64,000 bases of DNA from Tubiluchus corallicola (Eukaryota; Animalia; Priapulida), in the NCBI GenBank assembly GCA_030141605.1, contig JAQGDQ010000543.1:1-64000 (forward strand), read 5' to 3'. The notes under the pieces were generated by a model that worked only from the letters and a program-made list of their open reading frames with translations, did no database searches and had not been told where the DNA came from. Below, piece by piece: positions 1 through 13,265 of this stretch (positions are counted from its first letter, which is position 1; each line of letters begins with the position of its first letter). The position numbers and the translations under genes were made by a program.

Positions 1-69
1 ACTATGAACTATGAATTTATTTTTACACATCAAAATACAATATCAAACACATTAATAAACTTTAAATAA

Positions 70-2722
70 AATAATTTGAGTAGTGCGAGGTGAGTGTACG
101 ACCATACGGTCATTAACACACTCACCTTACTTAAATGAAAAATGATTATAGTTATGCATGCTTCTGTAGATAACTTCGTGTAAATAAGGATGAAGTAAAT
201 GATGTAATAATTTGAGTAGTGCGAGGTGAGTGTACGACCATACGGTCATTAACACACTCACCTTACTTAAATGAAAAAATGATTATAGTTATGCATGCTT
301 CTGTAGATAACTTAATGTAAAGGATGAAGTAAATGATGTAATAATTAGTATGCGAGGTAGCGTACCGACACAAGTAACATTAACACATTCACCTTACTTA
401 AATGAAAAATGACAATTATGCATGCTTCTGCACATAACTTAATGTAAATAAAGAGAAGTAAATGATGTAATACTCTAGCAGCGCGAGGTGAGTGTATATC
501 ATACGGTCATTAACACACTAGCCTCTAAATGAAAAAATGATCATAGTTATGCATGCTTGCAGATAACCTAATGTGCGATGAATTAAATGATGTAACTAAT
601 AGCGGAATATAAGCATCACACTGCCAAAGTGAAAAAATGATAATAGTAATCATGCTTCTGTAGATAACTTAATGTAAATAAGGATGAAGTAAATGATGTA
701 ATAATTTGAGTAGTGCGAGGTGAGTGTACCACCATACGGTCATTAACACACTCACCTTACTTAAACGAAAAAATGATTATAGTTATGCATGCTTCTGTAG
801 ATAACTTAATGTAAATAAGGATGAAGTAAATGATGTAATAATTTGAGTAGTGCGAGGTGAGTGTACGACCATACGGTCATTAACACACTCACCTTACTTA
901 AATGAAAAAATGACTATAGTTATGCATGCTTCTGTAGATAACCTAATGTAAATAAGGATGAAGTAAATGATGTAATAATTTGAGTAGTGCGAGGTGAGTG
1001 TACGACCATACGGTCATTAACACACTCACCTTACTTAAATGAATATAGTTAAGCATGCTTCTGTAGATAACTTAATGTAAATAAGGATGAAGTAAATGAT
1101 GTAATAATTTGAGTAGTGCGAGGTGAGTGTACGACCATACGGTCATTAACACACTCACCTTACTTAAATGAAAAAATGATTATAGTTATGCATGCTTCTG
1201 TAAATAACTTAATGTAAATAAGGATGAAGTAAATGATGTAATAATTTGAGTAGTGCGAGGTGAGTGTACGACCATACGGTCATTAACACACTCACCTTAC
1301 TTAAATGAAAAAATGATTATAGTTATGCATGCTTCTGTAAATAACTTAATGTAAATAAGGATGAAGTAAATGATGTAATAATTTGAGTAGTGCGAGGTGA
1401 GTGTACGACCATACGGTCATTAACACACTCACCTTACTTAAATGAAAAAATGATTATAGTTATGCATGCTTCTGTAGACAACTTAATGTAAATAAGGATG
1501 AAGTAAATGATGTAATAATTTGAGTAGTGCGAGGTGAGTGTACGACCATACGGTCATTAACACACTCACCTTACTTAAATGAAAAAATGATTATAGTTAT
1601 GCATGCTTCTGTAGATAACTTAATGTAAATAAGGATGAAGTAAATGATGTAATAATTTGAGTAGTGCGAGGTGAGTGTACGACCATACGGTCATTAACAC
1701 ACTCACCTTACTTAAATGAAAAAATGATTATAGTTATGCATGCTTCTGTAGATAACTTAATGTAAATAAGGATGAAGTAAATGATGTAATAATTTGAGTA
1801 GTGCGAGGTGAGTGTACGACCATACGGTCATTAACACACTCACCTTACTTAAATGAAAAAATGATTATAGTTATGCATGCTTCTGTAGATAACTTAATGT
1901 AAATAAGGATGAAGTAAATGATGTAATAATTTGAGTAGTGCGAGGTGAGTGTACGACCATACGGTCATTAACACACTCACCTTACTTAAATGAAAAAATG
2001 ATTATAGTTATGCATGCTTCTGTAGATAACTTAATGTAAATAAGGATGAAGTAAATGATGTAATAATTTGAGTAGTGCGAGGTGAGTGTACGACCATACG
2101 GTCATTAACACACTCACCTTACTTAAATGAAAAAATGATTATAGTTATGCATGCTTCTGTAGATAACTTAATGTAAATAAGGATGAAGTAAATGATGTAA
2201 TAATTTGAGTAGTGCGAGGTGAGTGTACGACCATACGGTCATTAACACACTCACCTTACTTAAATGAAAAAATGATTATAGTTATGCATGCTTCTGTAGA
2301 TAACTTAATGTAAATAAGGATGAAGTAAATGATGTAATAATTTGAGTAGTGCGAGGTGAGTGTACGACCATACGGTCATTAACACACTCACCTTACTTAA
2401 ATGAAAAAATGATTATAGTTATGCATGCTGCTGTAGATAACTTAATGTAAATAAGGATGAAGTAAATGATGTAATAATTTGAGTAGTGCGAGGTGAGTGT
2501 ACGACCATACGGTCATTAACACACTCACCTTACTTAAATGAAAAAATGATTATAGTTATGCATGCTTCTGTAGATAACTTAATGTAAATAAGGATGAAGT
2601 AAATGATGTAATAATTTGAGTAGTGCGAGGTGAGTGTACGACCATACGGTCATTAACACACTCACCTTACTTAAATGAAAAAATGATTATAGTTATGCAT
2701 GCTTCTGTAGATAACTTAATGT
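70..2722 (+). repeat. 121-bp tandem satellite, ~22 units, each with an internal stem-loop
   Basis: Unit ATAATTTGAGTAGTGCGAGGTGAGTGTACGACCATACGGTCATTAACACACTCACCTTACTTAAATG... recurs every 121 nt; degraded units at ~330-660. Confidence 0.95.
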
Positions 2723-2884
2723 AAAAGTCATGAAGCAATGTGAAATGAAGGTATGTCGTACCCATCAACTATCAAATATCACAAATTACATCATATTATA
2801 CATAAATTAAAAAAGCTGTACTATAATCATACTAAAGTGTTTCAGAGGTCCTCCACCTTCGTTGTTAATATAATTTATTGACTT

Positions 2885-3092
2885 TAAGTTTAAGTTTAAG
2901 TTTATTTATTTCCACTCTGCATCTTATAGTTATAATAAAAATACGGATGATTTTCCACTGAAATAAATATAAATATAAATGCAATTATATCCAGAAATTA
3001 CAAAAGAGATTCTTACACAGCACATACATGTGCAAATTACATTACAGAATAATTTCGATGCATACAGTTTGAGCCTAAAAGCATAGCTTGAC
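2885..3092 (-). mobile_element. LINE (CR1/L2-group-like) 3' UTR fragment in the spacer between the two arrays
   Basis: Closely similar to 45517-45710 (AAGTTTATTTATTTCCACTCTGCATC...GAGCCTAAAAGCATAGCTTGACA). Confidence 0.7.
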
Positions 3093-3107
3093 AAAAAATT
3101 CTTAGTT

Positions 3108-6100
3108 CATTATTACATCATTTACTTCATTCTTATTTACATTAAATTATCTACAGAAGCATGCATAACTATAATCATTTTTTCATTTATGTAAGGTGAG
3201 CGTGTTAATGACCGTATGGTCGTACACTCACCTCGCACTACTCAAATTATTACATCATTTACTTCATCCTTATTTACATTAAGTTATCTACAGAAGCATG
3301 CATAACTATAATCATTTTTTCATTTATGTAAGGTGAGCGTGTTAATGACCGTATGGTCCTACACTCACCTCGCACTACTCAAATTATTACATCATTTACT
3401 TCATCCTTATTTACATTAAGTTATCTACAGAAGCATGCATAACTATAATCATTTTTTCATTTAAGTAAGGTGAGTGTGTTAATGACCGTATGGTCGTACA
3501 CTCACCTCGCACTACTCAAATTATTACATCATTTACTTCATCCTTATTTACATTAAGTTATCTACAGAAGCATGCATAACTATAATCATTTTTTCATTTA
3601 AGTAAGGTGAGTGTGTTAATGACCGTATGGTCGTACACTCACCTCGCACTACTCAAATTATTACATCATTTACTTCATCCTTATTTACATTAAGTTATCT
3701 ACAGAAGCATGCATAACTATAATCATTTTTTCATTTAAGTAAGGTGAGTGTGTTAATGACCGTATGGTCGTACACTCACCTCGCACTACTCAAATTATTA
3801 CATCATTTACTTCATCCTTATTTACATTAAGTTATCTACAGAAGCATGCATAACTATAATCATTTTTTCATTTAAGTAAGGTGAGTGTGTTAATGACCGT
3901 ATGGTCGTACACTCACCTCGCACTACTCAAATTATTACATCATTTACTTCATCCTTATTTACACTAAGTTATCTACAGAAGCATGCATAACTATAATCAT
4001 TTTTTCATTTAAGTAAGGTGAGTGTGTTAATGACCGTATGGTCGTACACTCACCTCGCACTACTCAAATTATTACATCATTTACTTCATCCTTATTTACA
4101 TTAAGTTATCTACAGAAGCACGCATAACTATAATCATTTTTTCATTTAAGTAAGGTGAGTGTGTTAATGACCGTATGGTCGTACACTCACCTCGCACTAC
4201 TCAAATTATTACATCATTTACTTCATCCTTATTTACATTAAGTTATCTACAGAAGCATGCATAACTATAATCATTTTTTCATTTAAGTAAGGTGAGTGTG
4301 TTAATGACCGTATGGTCGTACACTCACCTCGCACTACTCAAATTATTACATCATTTACTTCATCCTTATTTACATTAAGTTATCTACAGAAGCATGCATA
4401 ACTATAATCATTTTTTCATTTAAGTAAGGTGAGTGTGTTAATGACCGTATGGTCGTACACTCACCTCGCACTACTCAAATTATTACATCATTTACTTCAT
4501 CCTTATTTACATTAAGTTATCTACAGAAGCATGCATAACTATAATCATTTTTTCATTTAAGTAAGGTGAGTGTGTTAATGACCGTATGGTCGTACACTCA
4601 CCTCGCACTACTCAAATTATTACATCATTTACTTCATCCTTATTTACATTAAGTTATCTACAGAAGCATGCATAACTATAATCATTTTTTCATTTAAGTA
4701 AGGTGAGTGTGTTAATGACCGTATGGTCGTACACTCACCTCGCACTACTCAAATTATTACATCATTTACTTCATCCTTATTTACATTAAGTTATCTACAG
4801 AAGCATGCATAACTATAATCATTTTTTCATTTAAGTAAGGTGAGTGTGTTAATGACCGTATGGTCGTACACTCACCTCGCACTACTCAAATTATTACATC
4901 ATTTACTTCATCCTTATTTACATTAAGTTATCTACAGAAGCATGCATAACTATAATCATTTTTTCATTTAAGTAAGGTGAGTGTGTTAATGACCGTATGG
5001 TCGTACACTCACCTCGCACTACTCAAATTATTACATCATTTACTTCATCCTTATTTACATTAAGTTATCTACAGAAGCATGCATAACTATAATCATTTTT
5101 TCATTTAAGTAAGGTGAGTGTGTTAATGACCGTATGGTCGTACACTCACCTCGCACTACTCAAATTATTACATCATTTACTTCATCCTTATTTACATTAA
5201 GTTATCTACAGAAGCATGCATAACTATAATCATTTTTTCATTTAAGTAAGGTGAGTGTGTTAATGACCGTATGGTCGTACACTCACCTCGCACTACTCAA
5301 ATTATTACATCATTTACTTCATCCTTATTTACATTAAGTTATCTACAGAAGCATGCATAACTATAATCATTTTTTCATTTAAGTAAGGTGAGTGTGTTAA
5401 TGACCGTATGGTCGTACACTCACCTCGCACTACTCAAATTATTACATCATTTACTTCATCCTTATTTACATTAAGTTATCTACAGAAGCATGCATAACTA
5501 TAATCATTTTTTCATTTAAGTAAGGTGAGTGTGTTAATGACCGTATGGTCGTACACTCACCTCGCACTACTCAAATTATTACATCATTTACTTCATCCTT
5601 ATTTACATTAAGTTATCTACAGAAGCATGCATAACTATAATCATTTTTTCACTTAAGTAAGGCGAGTGTGTTAATGACCGTATGGTCGTACACTCACCTC
5701 GCACTACTCAAATTATTACATCATTTACTTCATCCTTATTTACATTAAGTTATCTACAGAAGCATGCATAACTATAATCATTTTTTCATTTAAGTAAGGT
5801 GAGTGTGTTAATGACCGTATGGTCGTACACTCACCTCGCACTACTCAAATTATTACATCTTTTACTTCATCCTTATTTACATTAAGTTATCTACAGAAGC
5901 ATGCATAACTATAATCATTTTTTCATTTAAGTAAGGTGAGTGTGTTAATGACCGTATGGTCGTACACTCACCTCGCACTACTCAAATTATTACATCTTTT
6001 ACTTCATCCTTAATTACATTAAGTTATCTACAGAAGCATGCATAACTATAATCATTTTTTCATTTATGTAAGGTGAGTGTGTTAATGACCGTATGGTCGT

Positions 6101-6812
6101 ACACTCACCTCGCACTACTCAAATTATTACATCATTTACTTCATCCTTATTTACATTAAGTTATCTACAGAAGCATGCATAACTATAATCATTTTTTCAC
6201 TTAAGTAAGGCGAGTGTGTTAATGACCGTATGGTCCTACACTCACCTCGCACTACTCAAATTATTACATCATTTAATTCATCCTTATTTACATTAAGTTA
6301 TCTACAGAAGCATGCATAACTATAATCATTTTTTCATTTAAGTAAGGCGAGTGTGTTAATGACCGTATGGTCGTACACTCACCTCGCACTACTCAAATTA
6401 TTACATCATTTACTTCATCCTTATTTACATTAAGTTATCTACAGAAGCATGCATAACTATAATCATTTTTTCATTTAAGTAAGGTGAGTGTGTTAATGAC
6501 CGTATGGTCGTACACTCACCTCGCACTACTCAAATTATTACATCATTTACTTCATCCTTATTTACATTAAGTTATCTACAGAAGCATGCATAACTATAAT
6601 CATTTTTTCATTTAAGTAAGGCGAGTGTGTTAATGACCGTATGGTCGTACACTCACCTCGCACTACTCAAATTATTACATCATTTACTTCATCCTTATTT
6701 ACATTAAGTTATCTACAGAAGCATGCATAACTATAATCATTTTTTCATTTAAGTAAGGCGAGTGTGTTAATGACCATATGGTCGTACACTCACCTCGCAC
6801 TACTCAAATTAT
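3108..6812 (-). repeat. Same 121-bp satellite in reverse orientation, ~30 units
   Basis: Reverse complement of the 70-2722 unit; flank 6812-6884 is the approximate reverse complement of 1-70. Confidence 0.95.
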
Positions 6813-6949
6813 TTTATTTAAAGTTTATTAATGTGTTTGATATTGTATTTTTTGATGTATGAAATGAAATTCATAGTTCATAGTGGGAGCTTATGCCAGC
6901 AGCGATGTAGAATTTTAATCACGGACTTTTCATTTTCATTAGTCATTGA

Positions 6950-7085
6950 TGTTTTCCATATTTTTCATGTTTTCCATGTTTTTCATGTTTTCCCTGTTTT
7001 TCATGTTTTCCATTTTTTTCATGTTTTTCATGTTTTCCATGTTTTTCACGTTTTTCATGTTTTTCATGTTTTCCATGTTTTTCAG
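6950..7085 (+). repeat. 9-bp TTTT(T/C)CATG tandem repeat forming the polypyrimidine tract of a MARF1 acceptor
   Basis: ~15 copies running directly into TTTTTCAG at 7085. Confidence 0.9.
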
Positions 7086-7488
7086 AGCTCAGCAAAGAAT
7101 GGACGGAGAAGATGTCTTCGGCAGCAAGATTTCTGTTGACTACTCTAATCGTTTCCAGCGTCGCGACCCGCTGCCGTACCAGTTTCACGGATATACCGAT
7201 AGGGGGAGCTACGCGTACAACCGCGGCTACTCGCCCACCTTTTACGGTCAGCCGCCCCCCGGAAAGTTCTCTCCGGTGGGTTGCGACGACGGCGCTTACA
7301 TTCCTTACAGGCGGGACGAGTCGTCGTACGCGCGTTACGGTCAGTACCGGGATAATTCCTACTCGTACAATCGCACGTCGCAAGTTTACGGTTTACGGGA
7401 CGATAACGGTTCCAGCGAGAGTACTTCCCGGTCGAGTTCCTATTCCTGCCCGTCGTTGTCCGCACAAGATCTGTCAGAGAATCCGAAG
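7086..7488 (+). CDS. MARF1: MARF1/Limkain-b1 exon (end of RRM1 plus Y/S-rich linker); first MARF1 exon visible
   Basis: ttcag|...AQQRMDGEDVFGSKISVDY...ENPK|gtaaga; matches the MARF1 RRM1 C-terminus. Confidence 0.85.
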
Positions 7489-7544
7489 GTAAGATCAGTT
7501 TGTTGTGTGCTAGAGTATTGATTTTTTGTTTCCTCGATACGTTC

Positions 7545-7915
7545 AAAATAGGTCTTATAAGAACTATGACTTTTCTGCTACTGTACGAGCACAGACATAA
7601 CTAAATGATTACAAATTCGGTTCTGTTCTATTCAGGAGAATATTGGCTATCCAATCGTGCTATTTATTATAACATTTGTAAGTGATTTAATTGGATAAAA
7701 TTAAGAAAAACACAAACTTTTCAGGCACTCCAACTTAGCCTATCGAGTAGCTTAGTCTGGTGGGCACTTGCATGATCGTACACACTAATTTATTGATCGT
7801 CTGCTTGTTCAAGCCCCAGCTGTGCAGTGTTCTGCTGCTATTCCAGGAAAACTTAAACAATCAGCCAAGGACAAATTAAGGTCGTTTCATTTTTTAACAG
7901 GAATTTCTCCTTAAA
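7545..7915 (-). mobile_element. Interspersed repeat fragment (family also at 17030-17737 and 28260-28912)
   Basis: Reverse complement of the 3' part of 17400-17725. Confidence 0.7.
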
Positions 7916-7972
7916 AATAGAGTAGACTTGAGGCGAAAATGTTGACATCATTTACTCTGGAAGATCCTAATA

Positions 7973-8474
7973 CAGGGGTGTGCAAATTATCTGATTAGCC
8001 GGGCCACATTAAACTTTCCCGCAATTCCTGCGGGCCACATGCAGTTTGATCAAGGAGCCAAGTACAGAAAGGCCTAATAGCAATTTTTTTCACATCCGAC
8101 CTGCGTACATCATTACTACTACACTCAAGAAACTATTTTAGAAGTTATTAAAATTTATATTACAAACCATATATTTCTACTTTCAGGACAGATAGTGGTA
8201 ATTTCATTACAATGCGTATTAGTAATGTGTATCACACAGTCTGTGTAGTACAGTGACATTAAGCTACAACCGTCTTGTAAGGGTTAATGACATCCGATCT
8301 AGTAGAAAAAACTACCCGCACCATCTTTGGGATCGTGGCACGGACTTCAGCTGGATACACTCAATTAATCGCCCGGGGCCGCACTTTCATTAGGTCGACA
8401 AATCTCTTCGCGGGCCGCACAAATTCTCTCGGCGGGCCGCAAGTGGCCCGCAGGCCGCAATTTGTACACCCCTG
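7973..8474. mobile_element. hAT-type MITE
   Basis: TIRs CAGGGGTGTGCAAATT / AATTTGTACACCCCTG; perfect 8-bp TSD TCCTAATA on both sides. Confidence 0.9.
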
Positions 8475-8672
8475 TCCTAATATTTTATGGTCGACTTGTA
8501 CACAGGTAATATATAAAATGATGAATTTTTGGTCTTAAAATGCACGTCAACTTGTACACACGTATATATGATAATTGAAAATAAAGTTAGTCAGAGACAT
8601 CTCACATACACTGTATTTTGATGTGGGCTGCCAAATTAGCCACTTCCTTACATAATGCTTTTCGTTTCGTAG

Positions 8673-8810
8673 TCGTATAGCGGAGGCAGTACGCCGGATC
8701 CTTTGGGGATTAGTCCACAATCTGCGGATCACTGCGGATACGGATACGTACAGGGTTATGGAATCGTACCAAATCCTGCCGCTCTGTTTCAAGATGCTGT
8801 GGAATTACAG
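8673..8810 (+). CDS. MARF1: MARF1 exon
   Basis: cgtag|SYSGGSTPDP...FQDAVELQ|gt; phase 0/0, joins to VSNLDQ to give the RRM2 start ELQVSNLD. Confidence 0.8.
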
Positions 8811-8869
8811 GTTTTTACTATAAAATTGTTCACGTTTTTGATCCATTCTACCTAGCAGCAGTATCAACA

Positions 8870-8899
8870 TCAGCATCATCATCATCATCATCATCATCA

Positions 8900-8933
<34 letters not shown>

Positions 8934-9342
8934 CCACCATCATCATCCATCATCATCATCACCACCATCACTGCCATCACCACCACCATCATCATCCATC
9001 ATCACATCACCACCGTCACTGCCATCACCACCACCATCATCATCATCATCATCACCACCACCACTGCCATCACCATCACCATTATCATCGTCGTCGTCGT
9101 CATTGTCGTCCCACCACTGCCATCCCCGCCACCACCACCACTGCCATCCCCGCCACCACCACCACTGCCGTCACCATCACCATTATCATTGTCGTCGTCG
9201 TCCTGCCACTGCCATCACCACCACCATCATCATCATCATCATCCATCGTTATCGTCACCACCGCCACCACCATCACCATGTTCCATCATCATCATCACCA
9301 CCACAACCACAGCACCTCCCGCGTCATCATTGTCATCACCAT
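8870..9342 (+). repeat. (CAT)n/(CAC)n/(CGT)n compound microsatellite
   Basis: Direct inspection. Confidence 0.95.
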
Positions 9343-9357
9343 AAAATAGAATGATCA

Positions 9358-11010
9358 GTAAGCCTTTTCGCATTTCCAGTGATTGGTGATGATCGTGAAA
9401 AGGTCAAAGGTTAAGTGTACCAGGCGACGCATTTGTGTGCACTTGACAACACCTCACAGCCCATGCTGTTGTAATAGTAACAGTTTTAACAGCTAACTAC
9501 AACCTTACCTAGTTCATTTTTTCTTGTTCCCAAGCAAGATTCTGCTAGTTAATCACTCTACTCACATACTAGTGCATAATTAATTTCGCGTAAAACAACT
9601 GAAGTTACTGAACTGATGCGGCAGTCGGTTTTGCTTTGTCCACACATCATGGTTGTAATTGAGACACGTAGCTGTGCTATATTTAACCTTTGACCTGCAG
9701 CAATTGCGCATGTGCGAAGTGAAACTATGAAGAGGCTTATTATTTTTTTGGTTCATTAGTATGCCTTGTCATCCAATTTGCAACATAGTGGATTACTAAG
9801 ACCGATTAAGTTTGATAATTCATTATGATTGCATGCCAATTGGCAGTTTTGACTTGAATATGAAACCTTGTGTGCATTGATAAAGCATTGATGTTAAAAA
9901 TGCTTCTGCATACAGCCCAATGCATAGTTAAGTAAAGTCGACGTAAAACAATTGAAATTACTGAACTGATGCAACAGACAGCTTTACTTTACCAGCATGA
10001 AACCTTGTGTGCATTGATGAAGCATTGATGTTAAAAATGCTTCTGCATACAGCCCAATGCATAGTTAAGTAAAGTCGACGTAAAACAATTGAAATTACTG
10101 AACTGATGCAGCAGAGGGCTTTGCTTTACCAGCATGAAACCATGTGTGCATTGATAAAGCACTGATGTTAAAAACGCTTCTGCATACAGCCTAATGCATA
10201 GTTAAGTAAAGTCGACGTAAAACAATTGAGATTACTCAACTGATGCAGCAGAGGGCTTTGCTTTACCAGCATGAAACCATGTGTGCATTGATAAAGCACT
10301 GATGTTAAAAACGCTTCTGCATATAGCCTAATGCATAGTTAAGTAAAGTCGACGTAAAACAATTGAAATTACTGAACTGATGCAGCAGACAGCTTTGCTT
10401 TACCAGCATGAAACCTTGTGTGCATTGATAAAGCACTGATGTTAAAAACGCTTCTGCGTACAGCCTAATGTATAGTTAAGTAAAGTCGACGTAAAACAAT
10501 TGAAATTACTGAACTGATGCAGCAGACAGCTTTGCTTTACCAGCATGAAACCTTGTGTGCATTGATAAAGCACTGATGTTAAAAACGCTTCTGCGTACAG
10601 CCTAATGTATAGTTAAGTAAAGTCGACGTAAAACAATTGAAATTACTGAACTGATGCAACAGACAGCTTTACTTTACCAGCATGAAACCTTGTGTGCATT
10701 GATAAAGCACTGATGTTAAAAACGCTTCTGCATACAGCCTAATGCATAGTTAAGTAGAGTCGACGTAAAACAATTGACATTACTGAACTGATGCAGCAGA
10801 CAGCTTTGCTTTACCAGCATGAAATCTTGTGTGTCTAGATAAAGCACTGATGTTAAAAATGCTTCTGCATACAGCCTAATGCATAGTTAAGTAGAGTCGA
10901 CGTAAAACAATTGACATTACTGAACTGATGCAGCAGACAGCTTTGCTCTACCAGCATGAAACCTTGTCTGCATTGATAAAGCACTGATGTTAAAAATGCT
11001 TCTGCATACC
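9358..11010 (+). mobile_element. Interspersed element with an internal 137-bp segment tandemly amplified ~8 times (9860-11010)
   Basis: Inverted copy at 49070-50062 carries ~3 units of the same 137-mer. Confidence 0.8.
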
Positions 11011-11104
11011 GTTAATCTGTCTTTTATACCATTCTACTGCCATGGCTAGTGGTTATGCTTGGAAAATTATCGAAACCCCATATTTTTCGAAAAATTGATT
11101 TTAC

Positions 11105-11600
11105 TTAAAGGACAAGAAAAGGGGCACCTGAAGTAGGTTTCAGAAAAATCGCCTTAAAAAAATTATATTGCTTTACAGCAATTTTATGCACATATCTTAC
11201 TCACGTTGAAAGAAATTTTCGTTTGTTTGCATTTTAAATCTCCCGCAGCACCACTCCCATTACATGACGTCACTAAAACACGTAAATCAGGGGAAGAAAA
11301 GGCAATGTTAAATTATGTCCCTAAAAACTTTCCATGCAAATCTGTTTACTTAGCATTTCGCTTACCTGCTGGAAAGTCTTATGTAACTAGACTAATAATT
11401 TAAAATATATGTGCCAATTGGTAAAATGTTGCTGACTCACCCTCCAGGGTGCGCCACTCGCTAACCAAAAACATATTTTTAATCTTATTGACAAGATATA
11501 GTTTGTAAAATTTTACTTAATTAGCAACGTGTGTGCTACGAATGCTCTGATTATTTTTTCAAACTTTACTCAGTGTTATTAAAACTTGTTTCAAACGACC
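11105..11600 (+). mobile_element. Non-autonomous DNA transposon end, TTAA-AGG terminus (Kolobok-like)
   Basis: TTAAAGGACAAGAAAAGGGGCACCTGAAGTAGG; reverse-complement relatives at 20740-21250, 22530-24590 and 31480-32025; superfamily assignment is inference. Confidence 0.6.
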
Positions 11601-11819
11601 TACCATTAAAATGGTTGCGTCTAACGGTCATCGAGGGAGTTTAAATTTTCACGTTTTATACGGCGTTACGGCCGATGCAAGCCACGTATACGAAAAGGTA
11701 GCATGTAAGTGGTATAAAAGTTGGAATTTTTTAAGCTTTATGTAAGTGGAGGGTTTTCTTGCGCTTTAAAGATTTAAATTTTATATGTTTGGCGTGGCAG
11801 TCAGCGGGGTATTCAAATT

Positions 11820-12403
11820 ATTACATTAGTTCAATCAATACATTGTGCCTTTCTGTAGAACCAACATAGCTAAACATTTTATAATATATCAAGGACCAAA
11901 AGTCTGGAATGAGATTTGTCAATCCGCAAAAAATAGCAGATCTATTACTAGATTTACAAAAAGTAAGTATCAGTGAGTAATCAAAATTTCTATCGGTATC
12001 TATCCTCACAGTATTTGCAAAACGGTGGTTTTAGCTTAATCAAGTTATCTTAATTTTACATACTATTAACAAATAATAGTATTTCTATCTTTTATATCAT
12101 CCTATATATGAGCTTCATTCATTACATCATTCCATTTTAAGCACTAATGTTTTTTTATCACGATTCACTTTAAATTTTCAGATTATCTCCATTACTTTTT
12201 TTCTATCACTGTGTGGGACAATCTAACAAGCCCTGCTTTTTGATTGCCCGCAACACATTTACCTTGGTATATAAGTGAACAGTGTTTGAGGCTTTTCCTG
12301 TGCAGTATTTCTTATTTGTATTATGTTCATTGTAGGCCCTTTCACTAGATATTGTACATGAAACTATTGTAAATGTGTAATGTGAAATAAATGACTTATG
12401 ACT
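11820..12403 (+). mobile_element. LINE (CR1/L2-group-like) 3' end
   Basis: Encodes RTNIAKHFIIYQGPKVWNEI (typical ORF2 C-terminus), then a 3' UTR stem-loop (~12210-12257), AATAAA and GACTTATGACT tail. Confidence 0.75.
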
Positions 12404-12532
12404 AGTTCACTATTCCGACAGCGAATGAACCATTTGCAAATGTCGAGACTTGACTGCTCTCTAGAAAGTTTTAAACTACGTCCTTTGATAGTTTCTTAAT
12501 CAACAACGAAATGAAATGATTTTGCTTTGTAG

Positions 12533-12610
12533 GTTTCGAATCTTGATCAAAACATTCCCGCGCGAGATTTGAAGAAAGTTCTTTTTACCGTTTTCAAGCA
12601 GTTTGTTAGA
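12533..12610 (+). CDS. MARF1: MARF1 exon (RRM2)
   Basis: tgtag|VSNLDQNIPARDLKKVLFTVFKQFVR|gtgagt. Confidence 0.9.
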
Positions 12611-12822
12611 GTGAGTATCTAGTTCCATTGCATTGTGTTCTGCGCATTGTTTCTCGGGTAATTCTAATGCTTCTGACATTGTATTGTACGCATTGTTTCC
12701 TGCGTAATTCAAATGTTTCTGTTGATTCTATTGCGCCCTAGATGTTTTTTTTTGAGTTTGCGTTTTCCTATTTACTTTGTGCTCTTAAAATTAATGCACT
12801 GTTTTGTTACTCCAAGTCTTGG

Positions 12823-13265
12823 GTACTACCTCATTACGTAAATGTGTTTTATTCTCTAGGTACTACCTCATTACGTGAATGTGTTTTATTCTTTAGGTAC
12901 TACCTCATTACGTAAATGTGTTTTATTCTCTAGGTACAACCTCATTACGTGAATGTGTTTTATTCTTTAGGTACTACCTCATTACGTGAATGTGTTTTAT
13001 TCTTTAGGTACTACCTCATTACGTGAATGTGTTTTATTCTTTAGGTACTTTTTCATCACGTGAATGTGTTTTATTCTTTAGGTACTACCTCATTACGTGA
13101 ATGTGTTTTATTCTCTAGGTACTACCTCATTACGTGAATGTGTTTTATTCTTTAGGTACTACCTCATTACGTGAATGTGTTTTATTCTTTGGGTACTTTT
13201 TCATCACGTGAATGTGTTTTATTCTTTAGGTACTACCTCATTATGTGAATGTGTTTTATCTTTAG
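12823..13265 (+). repeat. 37-bp minisatellite x12 containing the splice acceptor and exon start
   Basis: Unit GTACTACCTCATTACGTGAATGTGTTTTATTCTTTAG; the last unit supplies the real acceptor. Confidence 0.95.

Noticed and set aside
70-6812. CRISPR-like array (palindromic repeats at regular spacing)
   Set aside because: Sequence between hairpins is identical in every unit (no unique spacers), there are no cas genes, and the context is a eukaryotic intron.
9103-9354. His-rich protein ORF
   Set aside because: Translation of the (CAT/CAC)n microsatellite.
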